Shown in pieces: positions 26,650-36,232 of a stretch of DNA of 64,000 nt; within the stretch, counting starts at the first letter, position 1, and the number at the start of each line of letters is the position of its first letter. The translations under genes were made by a program, and so were the position numbers. This DNA comes from an uncultured virus (IMG/VR IMGVR_UViG_3300035698_026597) (Duplodnaviria > Heunggongvirae > Uroviricota > Caudoviricetes). The stretch lies in IMG/VR virus record IMGVR_UViG_3300035698_026597; one strand, written 5' to 3'. The notes beneath the pieces are model-generated. The model was not told the DNA's origin. It saw only the letters and a program-made list of their open reading frames with translations, and did not search any database.

Positions 26650-27478
26650 GCTTATTAGCTTGTTTCTTTTCTCCATCGGTCATAGAGTCCGGCTTGGGGA
26701 GATTCGCTTCTCTCACGCAGTCCAAACATTTCTTCAATTCTAGAAGCTCTTTGGGCTCAAGGCTGGCGGAAGCGTCAGTGTGTTTGAATGTCTTCTTGTC
26801 TACGAAGTGTCTTTCGATATATTCTGCGCCGAGAACGTAAGCAGCTATGTCTAATGCTATGTTTGTTGAGTGGTCAGAGAATCCAACTCTAAGATAGTGC
26901 TTTCTCATATCTTCTATTTCCGCTAGATATGAATGTTCAGGATGACATGGATATTCGCTTGTACAGTGATAGGCTACGATTCTATCAAGATCATGGCATA
27001 GCACCTTAAAGATATTTGCTCTTTCAGCGAAGCTCGTCATCCCCATGGAGATATGTATTTCTCCCTTAAAGTTGGACAGGACAAAATCAAGTAGTTCCCA
27101 ATGAGTGTTGCAGCAACTTGGTATCTTTATCATTTGCGGGTTGAGGGAAACGATATCTTTGGCAGATGGGATGTCGAATACGGAAGACGAGTAAATCAAA
27201 CTTCTTGCTTCGGAATACCTTTTCAGGTCATCATGGGCATCTATGCTTAGCTCTATCGCAAGTCTATGTGCTAGATAGGTTTTACCATAGCTGAATTTCG
27301 GGTTAGGGTGAGGTTTGCTTTTTAGTTCATCGCTTACGCATACATTCGGATCTCGTTTCTGAAACTTAACGATGGTAGCACCGGATGTCCGTGCTAATCG
27401 TATAAGCTTTTTTGCTCTTCGTATGTCTCCGATATGTGTGTTACCTATTTCAGCCGTAATTATCGCTTTATTATTCAT
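26636..27478 (-). CDS. neuB: N-acetylneuraminate synthase family protein (no C-terminal SAF domain)
   Basis: ITAEIGNTHIGD, VKFQKR, KIPS, ISMGM, HCTSEYP, VGFSDHS, IERHF...D..ASLEP. Confidence 0.93.
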   Translation of the reverse strand: MNNKAIITAEIGNTHIGDIRRAKKLIRLARTSGATIVKFQKRDPNVCVSDELKSKPHPNPKFSYGKTYLAHRLAIELSIDAHDDLKRYSEARSLIYSSSVFDIPSAKDIVSLNPQMIKIPSCCNTHWELLDFVLSNFKGEIHISMGMTSFAERANIFKVLCHDLDRIVAYHCTSEYPCHPEHSYLAEIEDMRKHYLRVGFSDHSTNIALDIAAYVLGAEYIERHFVDKKTFKHTDASASLEPKELLELKKCLDCVREANLPKPDSMTDGEKKQANKLRYY

Positions 27479-27603
27479 ATCTGTCGTCCAAGTAACCCTT
27501 TTTTATATCGTCTATTTTGTCGATAAAGAAAGAGTAGTGAGATTAATTGTTGTATAATTACATGAGAGTACTATCTCCAAGAAGACGAACAGAGGAAAGT
27601 AAC

Positions 27604-27999
27604 ATGAGCGAACATAGCATAATTGAAGTAGAGTTGGATGACCAGGACGCTCTTGTGGCGGCTCTGAAAGAAATGGGCTTTAATGTTGAGGTTCATGAAG
27701 AAGCCAAGACAATCAATGGGTATGGTGGTAGCAAGTGGGGGACTGCGCATGTCATCTGCCGAAGAGGCAAAAACAGGTTGAGCGCAGATATTGGGTTTGA
27801 AAAATCTGGAAACAAATATAAAGCCCACATTGATAGTATGGACAAAAGAAAGCTTGACAGGAAAAAGCTTACACAGCTTCATGCCAAGCACAAAATTGCT
27901 AATGCAGTTGCTAAGAGATCGACGAAGTATAGGCTGACATCGCAAGAAGTTGATAAGAATGGCGATATACGTCTTAAAATCAAAGTAAGAGCTTTCTAA
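27604..27999 (+). CDS. DUF1257 (Ycf35-like) protein, copy 1
   Basis: MSEHSII.V...D...LVAALKEMG.......GY.G....AHV....DIGFEK. Confidence 0.8.
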   Translation: MSEHSIIEVELDDQDALVAALKEMGFNVEVHEEAKTINGYGGSKWGTAHVICRRGKNRLSADIGFEKSGNKYKAHIDSMDKRKLDRKKLTQLHAKHKIANAVAKRSTKYRLTSQEVDKNGDIRLKIKVRAF

Positions 28000-28012
28000 G
28001 GGAAGGTGTATT

Positions 28013-28420
28013 TTGAGCGAGTACCACGTTGTAGATATAGACATTGAAGATCAGGAATGTTTGGTTAAAGCTCTTGAGGAACTTGGTTATAAGCCTAAGA
28101 TTTGTGCTGAGGCACAACAACTTTATGGGTACCAGGGTGACAAGAGGAAGCAAAGGGCCCATGTCATCATTCCAAGATCCCAGGTCGGTGGCTCAAGCAA
28201 TGATATAGGCTTTGAGAAGGTAAAGGGCAAATTCATAGCTCATGTATCTGCTTATGATAAGCCAAGGTTCAAGACCAAGCAGGATCAGCTTAAACAGCTT
28301 TATGCTAAGCATAGAGTGCTAAAAACAGCGAAATTAAATCCAAGTCGATTCAAGCAAAAGTCTGTTGGTGTCGATAAAGAAGGGAACATACGTATTAAGT
28401 TACAAGTCAGGAGCCTATAG
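28013..28420 (+). CDS. DUF1257 (Ycf35-like) protein, copy 2
   Basis: LVKALEELGY....LYGYQGD.R.Q.AHVIIPR.QVG..SNDIGF; clear paralogue of the preceding ORF. Confidence 0.85.
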   Translation: MSEYHVVDIDIEDQECLVKALEELGYKPKICAEAQQLYGYQGDKRKQRAHVIIPRSQVGGSSNDIGFEKVKGKFIAHVSAYDKPRFKTKQDQLKQLYAKHRVLKTAKLNPSRFKQKSVGVDKEGNIRIKLQVRSL

Positions 28421-28974
28421 TGACGAAGCTAGCAGGAAAAGCAAAAGCGAGAAATCGGAAGGCTAAGCAGAAGGCAAAGGCGAGGAACTCACGGAATTTC
28501 AGAGCTAAGTATGTTAGCATGATCCGCAAGTATGACGATCCAATTCTATCACAGGTCTCTACGGATCTTATGCAAGAAGATGATTTAGGTTTCATCACAA
28601 GCATGAAGAGGGCTATTTTGGGAACTTCATATGGCGTTGGCCTGGCCGCCTCGCAGCTTGGTGTTCTCAAAAGGGTATGTCTTGTCAGCAATCCAGAGAA
28701 TAGAGTAGGGACTCTGCGAGTTCTTATTAATCCTGTTGTTATAGAGAAGTCAGAAACAGAAGAAGTTGGGATAGAGGGATGTTTGTCCTATCCTAAAACA
28801 TATGGAACTGTTTCTCGACCAATGAAGATAAAGGTGAAATTTCTTACGGAGAAATGGACTCCCAAGACAGAAGAATTCGATGGGATCGTTGCTCGGGTGG
28901 TTATGCATGAGCTAGATCACTTGGATGGGATTTGTGCCATTTCGAAATTTTACAAGAAAGGCAGAGGAGTCTGA
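28420..28974 (+). CDS. def: Peptide deformylase
   Basis: GVGLAASQLG, EGCLS, HELDHLDG. Confidence 0.95.
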   Translation: MTKLAGKAKARNRKAKQKAKARNSRNFRAKYVSMIRKYDDPILSQVSTDLMQEDDLGFITSMKRAILGTSYGVGLAASQLGVLKRVCLVSNPENRVGTLRVLINPVVIEKSETEEVGIEGCLSYPKTYGTVSRPMKIKVKFLTEKWTPKTEEFDGIVARVVMHELDHLDGICAISKFYKKGRGV

Positions 28975-29032
28975 CATATTTATTATTACATAATGTTATC
29001 TACGTGTTAGAGAATGTTGGAGATAATAAATT

Positions 29033-29767
29033 ATGTCTAGAGATTTGAAAGGTCTTCATGTGGGACACTTAACAGTTATAAGGAGAGCGAAAGATCATGT
29101 CGATCCATCCGGGAGGAAGAGGCCCAAATGGTTTGTGAAGTGTGATTGCGGAGAAGGATTTAAGATATTGGGTCAATCGTTAACTTCTTCAAGACCGACG
29201 AAAAGCTGTAAGTATTGTAGGGGTGTTTTAGATCTATCTGGAAAGAGATTTGGGAATTTGGTAGTGATTGAACGCAATATGAAAGCCAGGGGGAGTGCTA
29301 GATGGGTATGCGAATGCGATTGCGGCAAGATGACTGATGTAAATTCTCAGCACCTAGTCCATGGCAATACCAAAAGATGTTGGGAATGCAAAGTAAAAGA
29401 GCAAAAGTTGAATGGAAGGATGTCGTCCAGACTTTATCAAAGGATATTCTATAACGCGAGGAAAAGAGGGATAAAGGTTGACGATGGCATATCAAGGCGA
29501 TATCTCGAAAATCTTTATGAGCAGCAGGACAAAAGATGTGCAATAACTGGTATTCCAATAATATTTGCTGATAGCATAAGGGAAGATATGACAGGTGGAA
29601 CTACTGCTTCTCTAGACAGAATATCTTCGGGCAAAGGCTATATACCTGATAATGTTCAGTGGGTCCACAAGAATGTAAACAAGATGAAAGGCAATCTTTC
29701 TCAAAATGAATTTGTAGAGTTGTGTTCCCTTGTCTCGAAAAGAGTTAAAACCAAAAAGGCCAGATGA
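29033..29767 (+). CDS. Free-standing HNH-like homing endonuclease
   Basis: Two W.CxCDCG repeats; CAITG...ASLDRI.S.KGY..DNVQWVH..VNKMK. Confidence 0.75.
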   Translation: MSRDLKGLHVGHLTVIRRAKDHVDPSGRKRPKWFVKCDCGEGFKILGQSLTSSRPTKSCKYCRGVLDLSGKRFGNLVVIERNMKARGSARWVCECDCGKMTDVNSQHLVHGNTKRCWECKVKEQKLNGRMSSRLYQRIFYNARKRGIKVDDGISRRYLENLYEQQDKRCAITGIPIIFADSIREDMTGGTTASLDRISSGKGYIPDNVQWVHKNVNKMKGNLSQNEFVELCSLVSKRVKTKKAR

Positions 29768-30747
29768 ACTATTCGGTACGACTTCCTAACGGAAAGCATT
29801 TGTGCGTACTATGCCCGAATCGTTGCGAACTCAGCATCGGGCAAAAGGGGAAATGTTTAGCTAGAGTTTGTGACGAAACAGGTGTCGTTCTCGAAGGCTA
29901 TGCCAAGCTAACGACTATAGCGGTAGAGCCTATAGAGAAAAAGCCAATATACCACTTCAAGCCGAATTCTAAAGTTCTATCCATTGGCTCATATGGGTGT
30001 TCATTCTCTTGTGATTACTGCCAGAACGCATCGATAAGCCAAGAGTATAGAGATTTTAAGCTTAAGTCATTTAGTCCTAGTGGCGTTGTCAATATGGCTC
30101 TCAAGAAGAAGTGCTCTGGTATCTGTATGACATATAATGAGCCAACGATCTATTTTGAATACCTTATGGACATGGCTGAAAAGTGTCATAAAAATGGCCT
30201 ATATTTTTGTATCAAGACGAATGGATTTTTGGAGCCTGCTCCCTGGTCGGAAATTTGCTCGGTAGTAGATGCAATGAATATTGACTGGAAGGGCGATGGA
30301 GATATTCTAGCAGAGAGGTGCTCTGTGAAGAGGGGGTCTTCGTCTATCGTCCTTGCTAATTTGGTACATGCTATACGATCTTGTCATGTAGAGATAAGTT
30401 TGCCGGTATTTCACAATACATCAGGTGGAGACTTTAATCTAATAAATAGCATTTTGCAGGATATGGATGTTGATATCCCGCTGCATTTGCTGAGAATTTT
30501 TCCAGCTAACAGGTATGCCGGGCATTCTACAGAGGCAGATGAGCTTGTTAGGCTTAGGGACGAACTGCATGATAGTAGAAAGTTTCCATACGTGTATGTG
30601 CATAACCTGTTTTCCGAGGGGAATCAGTCATATCGACAAACCGTTTGCCCAGTCTGTGAGAATGTTATCGCTACTAGGTCTGGACTTAGAACAGATTTGG
30701 TTCTTACAGAGGGATGTGAGGGTTGCGAACGGGCCTTTGTTGTATAG
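29764..30747 (+). CDS. Radical SAM enzyme, AmmeMemoRadiSam/PFL-activase-like
   Basis: C.LCP..C......G.C..R, EPIEKKPIYHFKP, GCSFSCDYCQN, TYNEPT, TNG. Confidence 0.88.
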   Translation: MNYSVRLPNGKHLCVLCPNRCELSIGQKGKCLARVCDETGVVLEGYAKLTTIAVEPIEKKPIYHFKPNSKVLSIGSYGCSFSCDYCQNASISQEYRDFKLKSFSPSGVVNMALKKKCSGICMTYNEPTIYFEYLMDMAEKCHKNGLYFCIKTNGFLEPAPWSEICSVVDAMNIDWKGDGDILAERCSVKRGSSSIVLANLVHAIRSCHVEISLPVFHNTSGGDFNLINSILQDMDVDIPLHLLRIFPANRYAGHSTEADELVRLRDELHDSRKFPYVYVHNLFSEGNQSYRQTVCPVCENVIATRSGLRTDLVLTEGCEGCERAFVV

Positions 30748-30801
30748 CATATCTTTCTCTGCCGAAAATAAGTAGTAAGATGATACTGGAGGACTTGAAA
30801 A

Positions 30802-31563
30802 TTGTCCAAAAGACTACGTGTTGTTACCGTGGCTGATGAGAAGTATCTAGATTATCTAAAGACTTTTCTCAACAGTGCAAAAGTAAATTTAGAACGTGCC
30901 ATTATAGAAGCGTGGATGGTTAACGTAGATCCTTCGGTTGAGGACGAGTTGAAGTCTATTAACCCCAGGGTAAGATGTCATTTCGAGAAGAGGGCGTTCG
31001 CGAATCCGATGCAGACCAGGTGCTTTTGTACAAACTGGCGTGGAGACTTACTTCTAAAGCATCTTCGTAATACTAATGATATCATAATGTGGTTGGATGC
31101 AGACGCAATAATCCGCAAACCATCTTATGATGAACTGCATAGACTTGGGAACACCTGCGATATCTCTATGAGACTCAAGGTAACTAAGCAAATAGGTAAG
31201 GGTTTTATGGGAGGCTTGATTCTTCTTGGGAATACTTCTGGATCTATGAGGTTTGCCAAATTATATAACCGGAAGTTGTCTAATGAGAAGTTTAGCTATT
31301 TGAAAGTCCCATCAGTTGTAAACGGAGGAGATCTTCATAAAATACCGCCGAGGGCTAGACAGATCTGGATGAGCAACCAGAACTTGTTGTTTGTTTGTTA
31401 TAACACTGTAAGAAAGCTAGTAAAATTCAAGCCGTTGCCATTCAAGTTCTTGGATACCAGATTCCTGGACGATGGACATATATGGACAGTAAAAACGAGC
31501 ACTAGGCGAGATCCCAAGTTCAATAAGGAATCGCGAAAGTATGATCCAACTGAAACCGGCTGA
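30802..31563 (+). CDS. GT-A fold glycosyltransferase-like protein
   Basis: VTVADEKY, MWLDADAII (DxD), NQ..L. Confidence 0.7.
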   Translation: MSKRLRVVTVADEKYLDYLKTFLNSAKVNLERAIIEAWMVNVDPSVEDELKSINPRVRCHFEKRAFANPMQTRCFCTNWRGDLLLKHLRNTNDIIMWLDADAIIRKPSYDELHRLGNTCDISMRLKVTKQIGKGFMGGLILLGNTSGSMRFAKLYNRKLSNEKFSYLKVPSVVNGGDLHKIPPRARQIWMSNQNLLFVCYNTVRKLVKFKPLPFKFLDTRFLDDGHIWTVKTSTRRDPKFNKESRKYDPTETG

Positions 31564-32224
31564 AGGCAATTTAGAAGCTTTTATCTACACCAATGGTAGA
31601 TCTTTATACGAGTACTCTTTAAGGTCTCTTAGAGAGCAAACGTTTCCTATCAGGGTGACGGCTATACGTGACAAAAGCATGGAAGATGCTATGAAGTATG
31701 CTTTGAGGAAATGTAGATCAAAGTACTTCTTGAAAATAGATGATGATTTCCTCCTCCATAAAAGAGCAGTAGAGTTTATGTGGTGGCATCTGGCGAAACG
31801 AGAGAAAAGGAGTGCAGCTATGTATTGGTGGCATCTTTGGGAGGAGTGGAGTGGAAACCCAGTACAGTCCATTAAGATATACAATACGGCTCATGCTAAG
31901 AGAATAGGATTCTCGCCGGACAACGAGGGAAGAGTTGACATAAGGTTTATAGGAAAAATCAGGAGAAGGGGCAAGGTTATCATTAGGGATCAGGCGATGC
32001 CTGCCTTACATGCTTGTGCTCCGTGGCAAGAGCAGTTAAAGTATATTCACTTGTGGAGAAGAAGCTCCAAGTCTGGCAGACATCACAAGATAAGAACAAC
32101 CATGATGCGAAAATTTCACAAGACCATAGAGGATCAATTCTCAGGAAGAAATGCACTATTGGAAAGTATAAACAAGAGATATAAAACTATGTTTTATCGC
32201 TTCATAACGTTGCACAAGAAATAG
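31541..32224 (+). CDS. GT2-like glycosyltransferase
   Basis: SLREQT, KYFLKIDDDFLLH. Confidence 0.65.
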   Translation: MIQLKPAEGNLEAFIYTNGRSLYEYSLRSLREQTFPIRVTAIRDKSMEDAMKYALRKCRSKYFLKIDDDFLLHKRAVEFMWWHLAKREKRSAAMYWWHLWEEWSGNPVQSIKIYNTAHAKRIGFSPDNEGRVDIRFIGKIRRRGKVIIRDQAMPALHACAPWQEQLKYIHLWRRSSKSGRHHKIRTTMMRKFHKTIEDQFSGRNALLESINKRYKTMFYRFITLHKK

Positions 32225-32225
32225 A

Positions 32226-32930
32226 ATGTCCAAATACGTATCTATAATTGTTAATAGCTACAGAGACAACCAGGACCTTCTCTCGCAGTCTCTGCGTAGC
32301 TGCCTGGGGCAGAAGGGAGTAAGGACTCAGATTATACTCTCTACGGTGAAGGGGGACGAGTCAATCAAGCTTGCCAGAAGTCTAAGCAAAGATATAGACA
32401 TAGTGGAAAGTAAGGAGCCAGGGATCTATGAACAATTGAATTATGCGTTGTCTGCGATTAAGGGAAGTTGGTTTGCTTATTTCTCTGGTAACGACGTTGC
32501 CTTATCCACAAAGATTAAAGACGAGCTTGCTTCTTGCAAGTATGGTCGGAAGGTTTGCTACTCAGATTATTTCATTACAGATATAAAGCTGAATGGAAAG
32601 AGCAGGATCAGGCTGCTGGACTATAGCCATTTTGTTCATCTGAAAAGGAATTTCATTACAGATGTGTCCCTTGTCAGTGTAGATTTGCTTCGTAAGTATG
32701 GGCCCTTTAAGTTGAAGTACGGGAATCATGCTTACTGGGATTTTTGGCTGAGAATAGCAGAAGGAGAAGGAAGATCTATTTTTGCGTACAATCCAAAACC
32801 TGAATGGCTTTATAGGGTTAGTAAAGAATCAAGACATGTAGCGAGGGAGAAGGATAAAGCTAAGAAGAGGAAAAATGAGATGCTTAAGAGGGTACTGTTA
32901 GCGGACCATAAACGAAAGAGAGTAAGGTGA
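32226..32930 (+). CDS. GT2 glycosyltransferase (family A, copy 1)
   Basis: VSIIVNSY, GIYEQLN.AL..I.G.WFAYFSGND, YWDFWLRI. Confidence 0.85.
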   Translation: MSKYVSIIVNSYRDNQDLLSQSLRSCLGQKGVRTQIILSTVKGDESIKLARSLSKDIDIVESKEPGIYEQLNYALSAIKGSWFAYFSGNDVALSTKIKDELASCKYGRKVCYSDYFITDIKLNGKSRIRLLDYSHFVHLKRNFITDVSLVSVDLLRKYGPFKLKYGNHAYWDFWLRIAEGEGRSIFAYNPKPEWLYRVSKESRHVAREKDKAKKRKNEMLKRVLLADHKRKRVR

Positions 32931-33730
32931 GAATACGACAGCTTAAAACCTCTGCGGCATTATCCCACTTCGAGCCTCGTTTCGCGAAGAAATATAATCT
33001 CCATCCATATCACAGCAAGAACAAACCAGCTATATTCTTCGGGTGTTATACCGGGTCTTATCGCAAGTCTAAGCAGGATCTTGAGGATATATGTAGCCAC
33101 AAGGGGTTAGGTGTTGTCGTTTGGGGTGGTACGGATATAGATCGGTTTAGAAAGCGTAGAGCGGTTATAGCTTCGCTAAAGAACAAGAAGAACATATACC
33201 ATATAGCCATTTCTAGTTTCATCGAAGAAGATCTTAGAATGCTTAGAATCCCATATTTTTCTGTACCGGTTTTTCCATCGGAATTGAGAATGAGGCCAAG
33301 TTTTCCAGTGGGGAAAGCGGTATATGTTTACTCTTCACACGCAAGACCGAAGATCTACGGGATGCCAAAGGTTATAAGGATACAGAAGAGGATGCCAAGT
33401 CAGGAGTTTATCTTTGGCTATTCGACTCCTCCAAATACTCCGCCAGATAAGATGGATAGAGTTTATGCTAGGACTATGATTGGCCTTAGATTAACGGAGC
33501 ATGACGGGCTATCCAATACTGTTGTAGAGTTGGGGCTTAGGGGAAGAAGGTGTGTATGGAACGGGAAGACGCCTAATGCAGTACAGTGGAGAGATATAGA
33601 GCATGTTGTTAAGCTCATAAAGAGGGAGAGGAAAAGGGTTGGAAAAACTTTTCCAGAGCTATCAAAGAAGATGTATGATTTTCTTAATGTGGGAGAGTCA
33701 TGGTTGCTTACCGATCACTATACGAGATAG
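32927..33730 (+). CDS. Putative glycosyltransferase-like protein (family B, copy 1)
   Basis: PAIFFGCY, VVWGGTD, IGLRLTEHDGLSNTVVELGL; paralogue of 38148..38969. Confidence 0.55.
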   Translation: MRIRQLKTSAALSHFEPRFAKKYNLHPYHSKNKPAIFFGCYTGSYRKSKQDLEDICSHKGLGVVVWGGTDIDRFRKRRAVIASLKNKKNIYHIAISSFIEEDLRMLRIPYFSVPVFPSELRMRPSFPVGKAVYVYSSHARPKIYGMPKVIRIQKRMPSQEFIFGYSTPPNTPPDKMDRVYARTMIGLRLTEHDGLSNTVVELGLRGRRCVWNGKTPNAVQWRDIEHVVKLIKRERKRVGKTFPELSKKMYDFLNVGESWLLTDHYTR

Positions 33731-33734
33731 AGAT

Positions 33735-34424
33735 ATGACAAAAGCTAGTATCATAATAAATAGCTACAAGAACAATCCTGATTATCTGCGACAGTCCATA
33801 AAGAGTTGTCTTGAACAAGATGGAGTGGATATTAGATTGATAATATCCACTGTCAAAGGCGATTCTGCAATAGAGATAGCGAAGAGCATAAGTAATAAGA
33901 TCATTATAGTCAAATCAGCTAAGCCAGGCATTTATGAGCAACTTAATAAGGCGTTGGCGGCTGTGAACGGGGATTGGTTCGCTTATTTCTCAGGCAATGA
34001 TATTGCGTTGTCTACGAAAATCGCGGATGAGATAAAATTATGTGGCGATGAGAAATCGGTGTGTTATTCTGTATTCCATGTTACGGATGCTAATCTGAAA
34101 GCTAAAAGTATGGCAATGTCTATGGATTATAATTACGTACAACATCTCAAAAGGAATTATGTATCTGATGTCGCCTTGGTAAGAAGAGATGTTCTTGCTA
34201 GGTACGGGCCCTTTAGACTGAAGTATGGTAATCATGCTTATTGGGATTTTTGGTTGAGGATAGCGGAAGGAGAGGGTGAGAAAGCTTTCGTAAGGAATAC
34301 GAAGCCAGAGTGGCTATACAGGGAAACGTTATCTTCTCAGCATGTAGTAAGAAAAGGAAAAAAGAGTCTTCAGAAGAAGAATAAGGATCTGAGGATCAAA
34401 ATGTTGAGAGATCATACGAAATGA
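33735..34424 (+). CDS. GT2 glycosyltransferase (family A, copy 2)
   Basis: Colinear, highly similar to 32226..32930 (STVKGD, PGIYEQLN, WFAYFSGND, YGPF.LKYGNHAYWDFWLRIAEGEG). Confidence 0.85.
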   Translation: MTKASIIINSYKNNPDYLRQSIKSCLEQDGVDIRLIISTVKGDSAIEIAKSISNKIIIVKSAKPGIYEQLNKALAAVNGDWFAYFSGNDIALSTKIADEIKLCGDEKSVCYSVFHVTDANLKAKSMAMSMDYNYVQHLKRNYVSDVALVRRDVLARYGPFRLKYGNHAYWDFWLRIAEGEGEKAFVRNTKPEWLYRETLSSQHVVRKGKKSLQKKNKDLRIKMLRDHTK

Positions 34425-35143
34425 CTATAAGCAAAATGAAATACGTTTTTATAGGTGGGTTTATTAGTTCTGGTACTACCGTAACGGTAAAGGCTCTAAG
34501 GATGATGGCAATCGGCGGTGGAACGGGTAAGTATTGGGAGGGTCGTCATGATCCGAGATACCCTAATAAGTGGGGAGATGGACAAAAAACTTTTGAGCGA
34601 AACAAAGCCAGAGAGATTAAAGCTTGGATCAAGTCATTTGCCCCAAAAGATTGTTTCATAGAGAAAAGTCCTGGTAGAGAGAAGCACTTTCAAGCACTTC
34701 AGAAACTATTTGGGGCGAATAACACGTATTTTTTGATGTTACAAAGAAATCCTGTTCAATGCGTGCAAAGTGCAATAAGAAGATGGTCAAAAGACGATAT
34801 TAAGAGTAGAAAGCAGATATGGAAAAAGGATCTATGGCGTAAAAGGTTCAAATTCGCCACAAAACTTCACAAGCGCATAAGTAAGAAGCTGAAGCATTTC
34901 CGCTATGTAAGATACGATACTTTATGTGGCAAACCAGTTGGGTATCTTAAGGGTATATGCGAGTTTCTTGATGAGGACATCCCCAAGGGACGTATAGTAA
35001 AGGTTTGTAATAAGCTTAAGATAGAGAGGAAGCATTCTTACAATTATTCCGACGTTCCAAACCTGACCGTACCAATGAGAGATGCTCTTAAGGAATTATG
35101 CGACTTGTGGGGATATAAGATACCGAAGGAATTAATTATATGA
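34421..35143 (+). CDS. Sulfotransferase family protein
   Basis: FIGGFISSGTT (5'-PSB-like), EKSP, RNP..CVQS (3'-PB), VRYD.L...P...L..ICEFL. Confidence 0.8.
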   Translation: MTISKMKYVFIGGFISSGTTVTVKALRMMAIGGGTGKYWEGRHDPRYPNKWGDGQKTFERNKAREIKAWIKSFAPKDCFIEKSPGREKHFQALQKLFGANNTYFLMLQRNPVQCVQSAIRRWSKDDIKSRKQIWKKDLWRKRFKFATKLHKRISKKLKHFRYVRYDTLCGKPVGYLKGICEFLDEDIPKGRIVKVCNKLKIERKHSYNYSDVPNLTVPMRDALKELCDLWGYKIPKELII

Positions 35144-36225
35144 AGATCTATTATCAGCACGCAAGCCATAAGGTGCTAAAGCCTATTAAGGGAGATCACA
35201 TCACAGAGCTTGGCATGCTCCACGCCCTGAATACGTTTGCAACTGTTTATTATTCTGGAAATAAGTTTAGGCCAGAAAGAGAGGACTTCGGGTTTGTGAA
35301 CTATCCAGGAACGATAGTTAGCCGTATACCCAAAGACTGCGATATATACTTTTTCAGGGCATCCCCGGAAGGATTTGATGCTGTTCCAGATAAGAAAAGA
35401 ATCATTTTGGCAAGTCCATATGACCATGTTAGGTTTAACAAAGCCACAGCAGTAGCTACTCTCTCTAAGACTTGGGAGAAAGCCCTGCGTAAAAGGTCTA
35501 AGATTTTGGGCCCACTTAACCCTAAGAGGAAAGCGTACAAGAATGCTGTTTCTGTACATCAAACTGTTCTTGATACTTTTGTTCCAGATAAGGAGCATCC
35601 AAGAGTTAAAGAGATAAGGGAGCAGATAGGTGGCTATCCGATTATAGGGCATTTCGGGCGTTTTGTAGATCATACCTATCCTTACGATCTTATAGAGATT
35701 CTACCGAAGCTTGCACAAGAATTTCCTAAAATCAAGTTTGTTATTGGTCTCACTAACAGGGATCAGTTCAAAAAGAAGTTCAAGATGATTTATAGGGGTA
35801 AGTATGGATACAAGAATTCCCCGCATATCAAAGAGATTCATTTTACTCACAAGGATATGCCTCATGCTATTAATGCATGTGATGTTATTATGGTATCTTC
35901 TAGTTCATATGCTTTTAATTTTAGCGGATGTATGAAGTGTAAAGAAGCGGCAGCTTGTGGTGTCCCTCCTATTTTTGTTAGGTCGCCAGCAAGAGCAGAG
36001 TTGTTTGGTGAGGATTATCCTCTTATTGTCAAGAAGGCGGTGTCAGGAGACAGCTTTAACCGTTTTGATAGGAGAAGCTTATATAGTCTTATCAGTCATG
36101 TAGCAAAGAATAAGGAATGGCTAAAACAGATATCTGAGGATGTAGCCAGAAGGGCAGATCCTTATCGTATACAACAATCTGGAAAGAGGCTCAAGAATGT
36201 TTTTGAATCTCTTGTAGGGAGATAA
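35140..36225 (+). CDS. GT-B (GT4-like) glycosyltransferase
   Basis: IGHFGRF, INACDV, K.KEAAACGVPPI. Confidence 0.78.
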   Translation: MKIYYQHASHKVLKPIKGDHITELGMLHALNTFATVYYSGNKFRPEREDFGFVNYPGTIVSRIPKDCDIYFFRASPEGFDAVPDKKRIILASPYDHVRFNKATAVATLSKTWEKALRKRSKILGPLNPKRKAYKNAVSVHQTVLDTFVPDKEHPRVKEIREQIGGYPIIGHFGRFVDHTYPYDLIEILPKLAQEFPKIKFVIGLTNRDQFKKKFKMIYRGKYGYKNSPHIKEIHFTHKDMPHAINACDVIMVSSSSYAFNFSGCMKCKEAAACGVPPIFVRSPARAELFGEDYPLIVKKAVSGDSFNRFDRRSLYSLISHVAKNKEWLKQISEDVARRADPYRIQQSGKRLKNVFESLVGR

Positions 36226-36232
36226 GAGATAG

